Below are positions 18,431 to 26,817 of a DNA stretch of 51,958 nucleotides, piece by piece. A program made the translations under genes and the position numbers. Numbering within the stretch: position 1 is the first letter of the stretch; every line of letters starts with the position of its first letter. This DNA comes from Candidatus Hadarchaeum yellowstonense (GTDB lineage: Archaea; Hadarchaeota; Hadarchaeia; Hadarchaeales; Hadarchaeaceae): the NCBI GenBank assembly GCA_001515205.2, contig LQMQ01000039.1, positions 1 through 51,958 of the forward strand, read 5' to 3'. The notes beneath the pieces are model-generated. The model was not told the DNA's origin, searched no databases, and saw only the letters and a program-made list of their open reading frames with translations.

Positions 18431-19102
18431 TCAGATGAACCCCAGGGCGCTTTCCACGCGCCCCAGCTCGGGACCGGTTGTGGTCATCCCGACTATGGCC
18501 CCGTTGGAGTTAGCCGCCATGCAAAGCCCGACGAACTTCACCCCGCCACAGGCCGTGCCCACCTCCACGGGGACGCCTAAGGTCTTTTCGATGAGCTTAA
18601 CCTCCGCGGCGGTGACATCGGGGTGAACTAAGGCACCGCGATTGGTGGCCACGCCAACGGCGCCCACATTTTTTATCCCGGCAATCGTCCCCCGCACCAC
18701 CGGCACGCGCAGCTTCCGGCTGACCAGCCTCAGCGTCTCCTCGGGCAGGTCCGGGTTGGCTATCGCCCCGTAATCGTTCACCAGAAAAACGTTGCCGAAG
18801 GCGTTGAACTTCCCCGGGATCTGGGTTACCGCGACATCCGGCTTCACGCTTCCTTCCCCGCATCCCATCTCAAACAACTCCGAGCAGATTAAACCGTTGG
18901 AGTTGCCCGCCACCAGCACGCCGATCAGCGGACTGCGGTCAACGTCGGTCCTCACCACGGGCACCCCCAGGGCGGCTTCAACCTCCCTGTCCTTAAAGTG
19001 GAAGATTGAAGGCAACAAAGCTATTTTATCGGTGCACAAGGAATACGCCCCCAGGTAAGGATTTCTGTTAAAGGCCATCCTGATTATCGCCATCACCCAC
19101 AC
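18431..19102 (-). CDS. eif6: Translation initiation factor 6 (aIF6)
   Basis: NPYLG, GNSNG, GNVFLVND.GA, ANSNGAIVG..TTGPEL.RVE.ALG. Confidence 0.95.
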   Translation of the reverse strand: MWVMAIIRMAFNRNPYLGAYSLCTDKIALLPSIFHFKDREVEAALGVPVVRTDVDRSPLIGVLVAGNSNGLICSELFEMGCGEGSVKPDVAVTQIPGKFNAFGNVFLVNDYGAIANPDLPEETLRLVSRKLRVPVVRGTIAGIKNVGAVGVATNRGALVHPDVTAAEVKLIEKTLGVPVEVGTACGGVKFVGLCMAANSNGAIVGMTTTGPELGRVESALGFI

Positions 19103-19107
19103 CTTGG

Positions 19108-19359
19108 CTATTCCGCGGGGAAGGCCTTCACCAGCCCATCCTCATCTTTAACTGCCTTCACCCGGATCTTCGCGGGAGGTTTCTCCTGGCCGCATTCCCA
19201 GAGTTTCTCATTCAATGCCGGGTCCAGCTTCACCCGCTCCGATTTCATGTGTCTGGTCAGATATTCCTTGATCAGCTTCACGGCGCGGCTGGTGCGTCTG
19301 TAGCGCGGCGCCCTTTTGACCTCCCGCAGAGGGATGACAAAAATTTTTTCCTCAGGCAT
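19108..19359 (-). CDS. rpl31e: 50S ribosomal protein L31e
   Basis: IPLR...PR..R..RAVK.I.EYL.RHMK, LNEKLW..G..KPP.KIRV. Confidence 0.95.
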   Translation of the reverse strand: MPEEKIFVIPLREVKRAPRYRRTSRAVKLIKEYLTRHMKSERVKLDPALNEKLWECGQEKPPAKIRVKAVKDEDGLVKAFPAE

Positions 19360-19367
19360 GCGACCAC

Positions 19368-19523
19368 CTACGGTTTAATCCTGGATCTCCGCCAGTGGCG
19401 GCGCCTGATGCTGGTGCGGATTTTTCCCTTGGTTTTGCTCATCACCCAAACGGGGGCCCGCCTGGTGCTCCGTGCCGCCCGAGCCAGCCTCTTTTTCACC
19501 GGAAATTTCTTGTTTCTCGCCAC
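19368..19523 (-). CDS. rpl39e: 50S ribosomal protein L39e (below the ORF-track cutoff)
   Basis: My translation from GTG 19523: MARNKKFPVKKRLARAARSTRRAPVWVMSKTKGKIRTSIRRRHWRRSRIKP. Canonical position before L31e. Confidence 0.95.
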   Translation of the reverse strand: MARNKKFPVKKRLARAARSTRRAPVWVMSKTKGKIRTSIRRRHWRRSRIKP

Positions 19524-19524
19524 A

Positions 19525-19857
19525 TTAAATCCTCCTGATCTTGATATCGCGTTTGCGGGACTGCAACCGGTCTAGGATCTCCTTCAGCTGGGAGTCGGTT
19601 ATCTGACCAACGATCCTGCCTGCCTGGGCCAGCTGCATCAGCTGGATCTCCAGCTGCTCAGCGAACTCGGGCTTCACCGCGCGGATGTTGGCCAGCCGGC
19701 TCCGCGCCTCGGGGGTCAGGATCTGTGAGATGATCGCCCGCTTCTGAATCTCAAACTGGCGCCTCAGCTCGGCCTGGCGCTGCTGCTCCTCATACTGCGC
19801 CTGAAGCTCCTGCGCCCTCCGCCTGCGCAAAGCCTCCAGCTCGCTCTCCTCCTCCAT
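19525..19857 (-). CDS. PDCD5-like dsDNA-binding protein
   Basis: ELEALRRRR, ILTPEARSRLANI..KPE.A, ITDSQLKEIL. Confidence 0.93.
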   Translation of the reverse strand: MEEESELEALRRRRAQELQAQYEEQQRQAELRRQFEIQKRAIISQILTPEARSRLANIRAVKPEFAEQLEIQLMQLAQAGRIVGQITDSQLKEILDRLQSRKRDIKIRRI

Positions 19858-19861
19858 AAAA

Positions 19862-20290
19862 TCAGGCCTTCTCGCTCTTCATCTGCCGCGCCAGGGACTC
19901 GATCATGCTCACGCCCTTGGGGGTCAGCTTCCTGCCCCGGCGCTCGACCCTGGTCACCAGCCCAGCCTTCTCCAGCTGCTGCAGGGCCACGCGGATGATC
20001 TTGCCCCCGGCCTTTCGGAAATGCTCCGGAGGTTGACCGCGGTTCTGCCGGCCTCCATAGTAGGTGCGCAGCCGGGAGATCCCCACAGGTCCGTCGACGT
20101 AAAGGCGCCGCAACAGCGAAGCCGCCCTGGTGTACCACCAGTCGGTCTGCTCCGGTGGCCTCTCCTTGTGGACACCCGTCTTGACAAACAGGGCCCACTG
20201 GGGCGGCCTTATCGCCTCGATCTTCTTGAGCTCCTCGCTCAGCCGCTTGATCAGCGCGGTGGGTTGAACTTCCTGAACTGACATTCTCAC
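19862..20290 (-). CDS. rps19e: 30S ribosomal protein S19e
   Basis: PPQWALFVKTG.HKERPP..DWWYTRAAS, YGGR..RG..PEHF.K. Confidence 0.97.
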   Translation of the reverse strand: MRMSVQEVQPTALIKRLSEELKKIEAIRPPQWALFVKTGVHKERPPEQTDWWYTRAASLLRRLYVDGPVGISRLRTYYGGRQNRGQPPEHFRKAGGKIIRVALQQLEKAGLVTRVERRGRKLTPKGVSMIESLARQMKSEKA

Positions 20291-20301
20291 TCCAACCTGA
20301 T

Positions 20302-20703
20302 TTAGTCCTCTAATTTCTGGTCGCAGGCGGTATTAACGTTTTTCCCAAGGGCCTCAGCGGGCAACTTCGAGCCTCCCCCGGTACCATAGGGCAGACGTTT
20401 AACCCGCCCGCACCTCAGACAGGTAATAATTATCCTTCCTGACTTAACTCTGACGCGGCTGCTCACCCCCGGCCTCCAGTAGGACAGGCACTTTCTGCAA
20501 AACCTCATCCTGAGGGACCGGGGCAACCTCAAATTGTACCTTGTTTTGAGCTTCCAGGCGGCCCTGACGTAGCGGTCGGCCAGCTCGGGGTTTTTCCCAA
20601 AAGTTTCCTCCGCCAGCTCAAACAGGCGGATCACCCGCTCCAGCGCCAGGCTCCTGTTCTCGTCCAGCTGGCTCCGGTGTCTTTTTCGGTGGGTCATGCT
20701 CAT
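20302..20703 (-). CDS. rnp4: Ribonuclease P protein component 4 (Rpp21)
   Basis: ALERV.RLF..A, LADRYV, FCRKC...PG.S.RVR, ITCLRCG..KR.PY. Confidence 0.92.
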   Translation of the reverse strand: MSMTHRKRHRSQLDENRSLALERVIRLFELAEETFGKNPELADRYVRAAWKLKTRYNLRLPRSLRMRFCRKCLSYWRPGVSSRVRVKSGRIIITCLRCGRVKRLPYGTGGGSKLPAEALGKNVNTACDQKLED

Positions 20704-21392
20704 CTGCCCAACCTGGATCTGGTGATTCCCAAGGACTCTTCATAGACATAAATCGCGCGCGCGACGACGGTGGGGGCCGTGAGGGGTTCAGGATCGATGC
20801 ACACCTGCTCATCGGAAATCGACCCAACATCCGAAAGGAAATCACCGCTGGGAAATCCTCCGATGACAACGCAAACGTCATCATCCCTGGAGACTCCGGA
20901 GTAGATCTCACTCATGAGCTTTCGCTGGCCCCTGTCGCTAAAGGTGATGGTCTTCCTCGGCCGCAGCCTGCCGATCAGCTCCTTCAGCGTGGCCCTTTCC
21001 AGCCTGAGCAGCGGCTTCCCGGGCGGGGCCTCTCCGGCTAAAAAAAGCTGCTCCAGAAGGCCCTCGAACCGGTTGAGCACCCGGGGCAAGCGGGTGGAAG
21101 GGTTCACCGTGATGAGCCTGTCCTGCCTGGTGTGGACATAAACGCGGAGAAGTCCCTCGCGGTTCAGCGGCGCGTCCAGAGCCAGCAGCAGACACATGTG
21201 GGCTATGTCAGGTCTGCCGCGGCGGTCGCCGTCAGGGAGCCTTCTCATCGCCGCATGATGCAGCCCGGAGTTCAGGATGATTTCAGTTGGGCGCCTGCCC
21301 CTTTGCCTAGCGTGCCACCTGATGACGCGATGATCTGCGATTTCGGCCGGAACCGTCTCAACCTCGGCGTCGGCGATGACCAAATTCAGCAT
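20700..21392 (-). CDS. nep1: 16S rRNA pseudouridine N1-methyltransferase Nep1/Emg1
   Basis: RRGRPDIAH, LDAPLN, RLPR..NRF.GL.EQL, IGGFP.GDF. Confidence 0.93.
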   Translation of the reverse strand: MLNLVIADAEVETVPAEIADHRVIRWHARQRGRRPTEIILNSGLHHAAMRRLPDGDRRGRPDIAHMCLLLALDAPLNREGLLRVYVHTRQDRLITVNPSTRLPRVLNRFEGLLEQLFLAGEAPPGKPLLRLERATLKELIGRLRPRKTITFSDRGQRKLMSEIYSGVSRDDDVCVVIGGFPSGDFLSDVGSISDEQVCIDPEPLTAPTVVARAIYVYEESLGITRSRLGR

Positions 21393-21454
21393 GAAAACCC
21401 AGAGAAACTTTCACCGATTTATATTTAACTTAAACAATAATGTCAGGGGAGAGG

Positions 21455-21931
21455 ATGCTGGAGTCCCAGATTCTAACCACCATAGTCGTCGTTGCCGCCA
21501 TCTTCATCTTCTGGAGAGTACTGGGCACCCTGTTCAGGAGAAAGCTCAAGAGGCTGGTGGGCCACCAGCGGCTGTCCAACACACTCTCCCTGATCTTCGC
21601 CTTCATCGTCATCCTTTACCTCCTCAATGTCTGGGGAATAATCCAGGCGCTCCTGGAGCTGTTCCTGGCCTTCAGCGCCATCAGCACTGTCCTGCTCTTC
21701 GCGGTTAAGGACCTCTGGATAGCCAACATCCTCGCCGGCATATCGCTGATCGGGGATAAAAACATCAAGGTGGGGACAGAAGTTGAAATCGAGGGGAAAA
21801 AGGGCACTGTGGTGGAACTCTCCCTGACCATCACCAAACTCCGAACCCGAGACGGCCGGATAATAATCGTCCCCAACCAGAAGTTCCGGGACGCAGTAGT
21901 CGTGGTGACCCCGGCCGAAGACCAGCGGTGA
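21455..21931 (+). CDS. Small-conductance mechanosensitive channel family protein (short)
   Basis: Three TM helices, KD..ANILAGI, G.V.E.SL..T.LRT.DG..I.VPN. Confidence 0.85.
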   Translation: MLESQILTTIVVVAAIFIFWRVLGTLFRRKLKRLVGHQRLSNTLSLIFAFIVILYLLNVWGIIQALLELFLAFSAISTVLLFAVKDLWIANILAGISLIGDKNIKVGTEVEIEGKKGTVVELSLTITKLRTRDGRIIIVPNQKFRDAVVVVTPAEDQR

Positions 21932-21937
21932 CCCCAA

Positions 21938-22621
21938 GTGTTTCCCCTCAAGGACGAAAACCCCACCTCGCGCTTCCCCTTTGTCAACATCGCGCTGATA
22001 GTGATTAACCTGGCCGTTTTTCTCATCACCTTAATCAGCGGGACGTTTGAGGAGACCATCGACCTTTACGGGATGAGGCCGGTCGAGGTGCTCGCGGGCA
22101 GGAGGCTTGAAACGCTGTTCACCTCGATGTTTCTCCACGGAGGAATCCTCCACATCCTGGGAAACATGCTCTACCTTTACATCTTCGGCGACAACATCGA
22201 GGATGTCCTCGGTCACGGAAAGTTTCTGGCCTTTTACCTGGTCACCGGCGTGATCGCCAGCCTGATTCACGCCGCGACCGATCCGACCTCGGATATCCCG
22301 ACCATCGGGGCCTCGGGCGCCATCTCCGGGGTGCTCGGTGCCTACCTCATGCTTTACCCGAGAGCCAGGGTCTACACCGCGGTCGGGATCTACCTCTTCT
22401 GGAGGATAGTCATGATCCCGGCGATCTTCTTCCTGGGCTTCTGGTTCCTGCTGCAGGTCTTCTCGGCCTCGATAACCTGGCTAACTGGGATTTCCGAAGG
22501 AGTCGCCTACTGGGCGCACATCGGCGGTTTCATCGCCGGGGCTCTCCTGATACTGCCGGTGAGGGCTGGGCGCAGAAGGCGCAGAAATTCAGGTGGCGGC
22601 CTGAGCTACGGGTTCTACTGA
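21938..22621 (+). CDS. Rhomboid family intramembrane serine protease
   Basis: FPLKDENP, MFLHGG..H..GNM.YL..FGDN.ED, catalytic GASG and AHIGGF. Confidence 0.95.
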   Translation: MFPLKDENPTSRFPFVNIALIVINLAVFLITLISGTFEETIDLYGMRPVEVLAGRRLETLFTSMFLHGGILHILGNMLYLYIFGDNIEDVLGHGKFLAFYLVTGVIASLIHAATDPTSDIPTIGASGAISGVLGAYLMLYPRARVYTAVGIYLFWRIVMIPAIFFLGFWFLLQVFSASITWLTGISEGVAYWAHIGGFIAGALLILPVRAGRRRRRNSGGGLSYGFY

Positions 22622-22688
22622 GGCCTTGTTGCAGGGGATGAAAGAAAAAGGTTTATAATAGCGTCGGAAAGCGATAACTGGCGAACGC

Positions 22689-23387
22689 ATGCTCCGCGAC
22701 AGCATAAGGGGGCTGGACAACGTCCTGAAGAACGACATCCCGCCGGGCTATGTGGTGCTGGTGACGGGCGGAGTGGGATCGATGAAATCCAGCTTCGTCT
22801 ACAGCGTCCTCTCCAGCTATCTCTCCCGGCACAGGGATGAATTCGGTGTTTACGTGACGCTGGAGGAGTCCCGGGAGAGCCATCTGAGAAACATGGAAAG
22901 CCTGGGGATTAAGAAGCCCGAGCACCTCCAGATTTTTGACTATCAGGACATCCGCAGGGAGTGGCGGGAGGAAGAGCCCTCGCTCAACATGGTGAGCATA
23001 ACCGAGGATGTGATCAAGTTTTACAAGGAAGAGATGAAGGAAAAGTTCACCGTTTTTTGCCTCGACTCCCTCAACGCCCTGCAAACACTCGCCAAGACGG
23101 ACAACCTGCGGAGGGAGAGCTACCACTTCTTCAACCTGCTCCGGGACAGCGGCCTGACCTCCTTCATCATCCAGGAGGCCCAGACCAGCGGCGAGGGGCG
23201 GAGTCACATCCCGGAGTCCTACCTCGCTGACGGGGTCATCGAGCTGGGCGTGATCGAGACCCCGGAGCTGGTCACGCGCTACATCCAGGTGAGAAAAATG
23301 CGCGCCTGCAGGCATTCCATGAAGAAGCACCAGCTGGTCGTCAACGAGGGCGGGCTGGAAGTGCTCGGACCGGTTTACGAAAGATGA
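22689..23387 (+). CDS. Single-domain KaiC/RAD55-like RecA-superfamily ATPase
   Basis: GLD..L...IP.G..VLV, Walker A GGVGSMKS, YVTLEE, Walker B FCLDSL, ESYLADGVIEL, arginine finger region IQVRKMR. Confidence 0.92.
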   Translation: MLRDSIRGLDNVLKNDIPPGYVVLVTGGVGSMKSSFVYSVLSSYLSRHRDEFGVYVTLEESRESHLRNMESLGIKKPEHLQIFDYQDIRREWREEEPSLNMVSITEDVIKFYKEEMKEKFTVFCLDSLNALQTLAKTDNLRRESYHFFNLLRDSGLTSFIIQEAQTSGEGRSHIPESYLADGVIELGVIETPELVTRYIQVRKMRACRHSMKKHQLVVNEGGLEVLGPVYER

Positions 23388-23531
23388 CCGCCTGGCAACC
23401 ATTATTTTAGACCTGAGTCTGGGTCAAGGACAAAGCCGATGGGTAAACCCTTTTGACCGAAAGGAGCTTATAAAGGGGAACTTTCAGAAACTAAAACATC
23501 ACCTTAAAGAACGTCACCCCTCTGTCAAGAT

Positions 23532-25151
23532 ATGGTCGCTATGGGGGATGGCGAAGAGCTCTGGCAGAAGTATTGTTCTTTCCTGGAGAAACCGTTCTCC
23601 GAACAGCTGGAATACAACATCCGGGCCCGGGAAGAGTATTTCAAAAAGTGGCAGCGGACAAACATGGCCGCAAAGCTGTGTCCCGGCGGTGTTAACGGAT
23701 TTGAAGGGGTACCGCTGACGACCTACGATGACTACACCATCCTGCGTGACTTCGGAGAGAAGGTGGAGCAGCTCAGCAGAACCATCCCCAGAGAAAAGGG
23801 GGAGCTCTGGTGGGATTACTACCTCCGGATAGGTAAAATGGCTGCCCCGATGCTGGAGGGGTGGATGCCGGAGGATTTTGACTTCTGCGCCAAGACGTCG
23901 GGCAGCAGCGGGAAAAGCAAATGGCTGGCCTATGGTAAAACTTTCCGCGGAGAATGGGAGAGCCTCCTCTCCTACTTGGTGATGGCCTGCAGCGACAAGC
24001 CAGGGGATACCAAGCTGCGAAAGGGTGACACCTACCTGAACATCGTGGCGCCGGCGCCCTACGCCTCGGGCTACCAGATGCACCCCATCGAGCAGCTGCT
24101 CAGGCCGATACCGCCCCGAAGCGTCACCGACAACATCAGCAACATGAGGAAGAAAATGTGGATCATCCTCAGGGAAATTGAGAAGGGGGCCAGAATTGAT
24201 CTGGCGGGCGGGATCGCCTCGACCTTTTACATGATGGCCCAGTACTTCACCAGGCCGGATGAATTTTTCCGGGACTACTACCAGTCGATGAATTTTGGGG
24301 TAACGAAATTTCTGCTCTTTTTAAAGTATCTCCAGTGCAGGGTCAGGGGAAAAAAATACGGGAAGGCCAGGGAAATTTTGCCGGTGAAGGGGATTGGCCT
24401 CGGCGGCTACGACACGCACCTTTATCTGGACCACATCAGGGATGAATTTGGAGTTACGCCCACGACGGCCTACGGGTGTACGGAATTTGGCATTGTGATG
24501 TACGGTCATGCCGACAGAAAGCTGGATCTGATTCCGGATCTGCGCAACATGTATTTTGAGTTCCTGACCGAAAGCGGCGAGGTGAAAAGGATCGATGAGC
24601 TGAAAAAGGGAGAAATCTACGAACTGGTGGGGACACCATTTGGAACGATGCTGATGAGATATAACATCGAGGACAAATTCAAGGTTGTTGACTTTCGCGA
24701 CGACGGGCTGCCGATTTTCGAATTTGAGGGCAGAAAGAACGAGATAATCGACATCTACGGCTACTTCAGGGTTTCACAGGCGATCGCTGTCAGGGCCCTC
24801 TGCGAGGCCGGCCTGAAGGAAACGGACAAGTGGTGCCTCGCCAAGGCCACGAATCCCAGAGAACATCTGCTGTTCTTGATGGAGCGGGAGTGGGAACTCT
24901 CAGAGGAAAAAACCGCGGAGCTTCTGTTCAACGCCCTTTATCGGGTAAACCAGGAGTTTAAAAATTATGTGGATGATTTCGGGATAAAGGAACCGCAGGA
25001 GCTGATCAAGGTTCAGTACCTTAAAAAAGGTGCCTTTATGAGGTATACTATGAAAAAAATGAAGGAGGGAGTCCCAATAGGAAATATCAAACCACCCAAG
25101 ATAGCCAGCACGGATAAAAGCGATGACATCGAATTGCTCAGGAGTGTATGA
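23532..25151 (+). CDS. GH3 family acyl-acid amido synthetase (ANL adenylating superfamily)
   Basis: VPLTTYDDY, P-loop-like KTSGSSGKSKW, YGCTEFG, YFEFL, GEIYELV.T, MRYNIED, FEGR. 539 aa. Confidence 0.85.
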   Translation: MVAMGDGEELWQKYCSFLEKPFSEQLEYNIRAREEYFKKWQRTNMAAKLCPGGVNGFEGVPLTTYDDYTILRDFGEKVEQLSRTIPREKGELWWDYYLRIGKMAAPMLEGWMPEDFDFCAKTSGSSGKSKWLAYGKTFRGEWESLLSYLVMACSDKPGDTKLRKGDTYLNIVAPAPYASGYQMHPIEQLLRPIPPRSVTDNISNMRKKMWIILREIEKGARIDLAGGIASTFYMMAQYFTRPDEFFRDYYQSMNFGVTKFLLFLKYLQCRVRGKKYGKAREILPVKGIGLGGYDTHLYLDHIRDEFGVTPTTAYGCTEFGIVMYGHADRKLDLIPDLRNMYFEFLTESGEVKRIDELKKGEIYELVGTPFGTMLMRYNIEDKFKVVDFRDDGLPIFEFEGRKNEIIDIYGYFRVSQAIAVRALCEAGLKETDKWCLAKATNPREHLLFLMEREWELSEEKTAELLFNALYRVNQEFKNYVDDFGIKEPQELIKVQYLKKGAFMRYTMKKMKEGVPIGNIKPPKIASTDKSDDIELLRSV

Positions 25152-25969
25152 GCATGGCTGGCTGGTACTTCATCCCCATCACCCTTCAGTACTTGGTCGG
25201 GAGTGGGCTTATCTTCCTGATCTCCTTCTTCCTGATCTTGAAGAACAGCAAGAGCTGGGTCTACCGCTCCTTCTTTCTCTACGGGCTCTTCGCCGGCCTG
25301 TGGATTCTGATGGCGTTTTTTCACCGGAATGCGCCCAACGCGGAGCTATCCGCGGACTTCATCACCGTGGGCGCCGTTTTCGGCTTTACCTTCCCGGCCT
25401 TTCTGTTGATCACTTTTCTCATGCTCAAAAAGCAGAGCAAGCTTAACCTGCTGGCCTTACTTCCGGCCATATTTCTTGGAGCTATCACCCTTTACCTCAT
25501 GCCCTTTAAAATTTCCTGGACCACTTTCGGCTGGAGCTATGGCTACTCCAGCGATTGGTATTTCGCCACTGTTGTTGTTTTTAACTTGGCCTACATCGTG
25601 GCAAATCTGGCTGTGGGAATCGACCTAGTCAGGACTGCCCCAACTGAACTGCTGAGAAAAAAATATGCGGTGCTGCTGATCAGCTACTTCGTCTTCTACG
25701 TCGTTGCCGTCTCAATTAGCAACATGCTTCTTATCCGCTACATCGATGCCCCGCCTCTGGGTGGGATCTTCAGCGCCCTTGCTTTCCTTGCCATCGCGTG
25801 GGCCCTTTCTCTGAAATTCAACAGAAGCGCAAGTGAAAAATCGTCAAACGCAACCGGCGAGGAAGAAGCCATGTCAAAGAGGCTCCCTAGGCAAAGTTCT
25901 TTGACCGATAACCGGCTGGAGGGGGAGATGTGGAAAGAACCGCTGAGCCACCGTCCATTCTGGCGCTGA
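25148..25969 (+). CDS. Seven-TM membrane protein, resembling a HisKA_7TM-type sensor domain without a kinase
   Basis: Seven hydrophobic segments. ATGA overlap with the GH3 stop codon. Polar C-terminal tail. Confidence 0.75.
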   Translation: MSMAGWYFIPITLQYLVGSGLIFLISFFLILKNSKSWVYRSFFLYGLFAGLWILMAFFHRNAPNAELSADFITVGAVFGFTFPAFLLITFLMLKKQSKLNLLALLPAIFLGAITLYLMPFKISWTTFGWSYGYSSDWYFATVVVFNLAYIVANLAVGIDLVRTAPTELLRKKYAVLLISYFVFYVVAVSISNMLLIRYIDAPPLGGIFSALAFLAIAWALSLKFNRSASEKSSNATGEEEAMSKRLPRQSSLTDNRLEGEMWKEPLSHRPFWR

Positions 25970-26817
25970 AATCTTTTCTCCACGAACTACTTCTGGCCCT
26001 GCCCGGAAAGGAACTCGGGGAAAACGTCATCGAGTTTCAGAGATTTCTGAAAAACGTGGGGTTGGGTGACGCCGTCTCCCTTGGGGAAAAGGGGAACATT
26101 TCAATCGAGCCCTCGGCACTGCCATCCCTAAACTTACCGGAAGCTGCGCGAAAAATTCTCCTTTATCTCGGCGATCAGATGGATCCCGTCCTGTCGGAAC
26201 TTTATGTAAAATTATTCCTGGAAACCTACGAAGAGTTCAGGTCCAGTTCCGAGCCGGCGGCCAACATCTGGCTGGGCCAGCTGCTGCGGGACTGCGGCGG
26301 CCTTCTCTCCGGTTATGGCATCATCGACCGGCTCCCTAAAAATGTGAAGATGCCCCAGCTTTTCCAGCTGATGAAGCCCGGATCAATCCACCTGAAAAAG
26401 GAGGAAAAACCCGCAGAAAGCTACGCCCTGGTCAAGGAGGCGGTCAACTATGGGTTCAAGGCCTTCTGCGTGACCAAGCTTGAGCCGAGCAAGATCAGAT
26501 ATCGCTACGGCCTGAAAAACTCAGAAATCATCTGGCTGACCTTCAAAAAGGTCAAGGAAAGGACTATAACCCCTGACGATCTGGCAGGGTTGAGTTCTTT
26601 TGTTTCAGGTGTTGGCCTCGGCTCGGTTGTCCTCTTCGACTGTTTCCAGGAGATAAAAGTCGTCAACGGCTTTAAAGGGGCGCTGGAGTTCTTCCGGGAA
26701 CTGAGGACCATTTGCGCCAAGAACAAATCCATCCTGGTGATCTCGATCAATCCAATGAAGCTCACCGAGGAACAGCTTTCCGCGCTGGATCAGGCGCTTG
26801 GAGGCCGCGAAAAATGA
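25930..26817 (+). CDS. DUF835 domain protein (inactivated KaiC-like fold) with a helical N-terminal region
   Basis: C-terminal GSIHL...AFCVTK..P...IIWLT...TITPDDL...VVLFDC...NGF..ALEF..EL matches the DUF835 pattern. GTG start after GGAGGGG. Confidence 0.8.
   Translation: MERTAEPPSILALKSFLHELLLALPGKELGENVIEFQRFLKNVGLGDAVSLGEKGNISIEPSALPSLNLPEAARKILLYLGDQMDPVLSELYVKLFLETYEEFRSSSEPAANIWLGQLLRDCGGLLSGYGIIDRLPKNVKMPQLFQLMKPGSIHLKKEEKPAESYALVKEAVNYGFKAFCVTKLEPSKIRYRYGLKNSEIIWLTFKKVKERTITPDDLAGLSSFVSGVGLGSVVLFDCFQEIKVVNGFKGALEFFRELRTICAKNKSILVISINPMKLTEEQLSALDQALGGREK

Noticed and set aside
22689-23387. Circadian clock interpretation of the KaiC-like gene
   Set aside because: It is a single-domain protein with no kaiA or kaiB nearby. 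Such ATPases are widespread in archaea.
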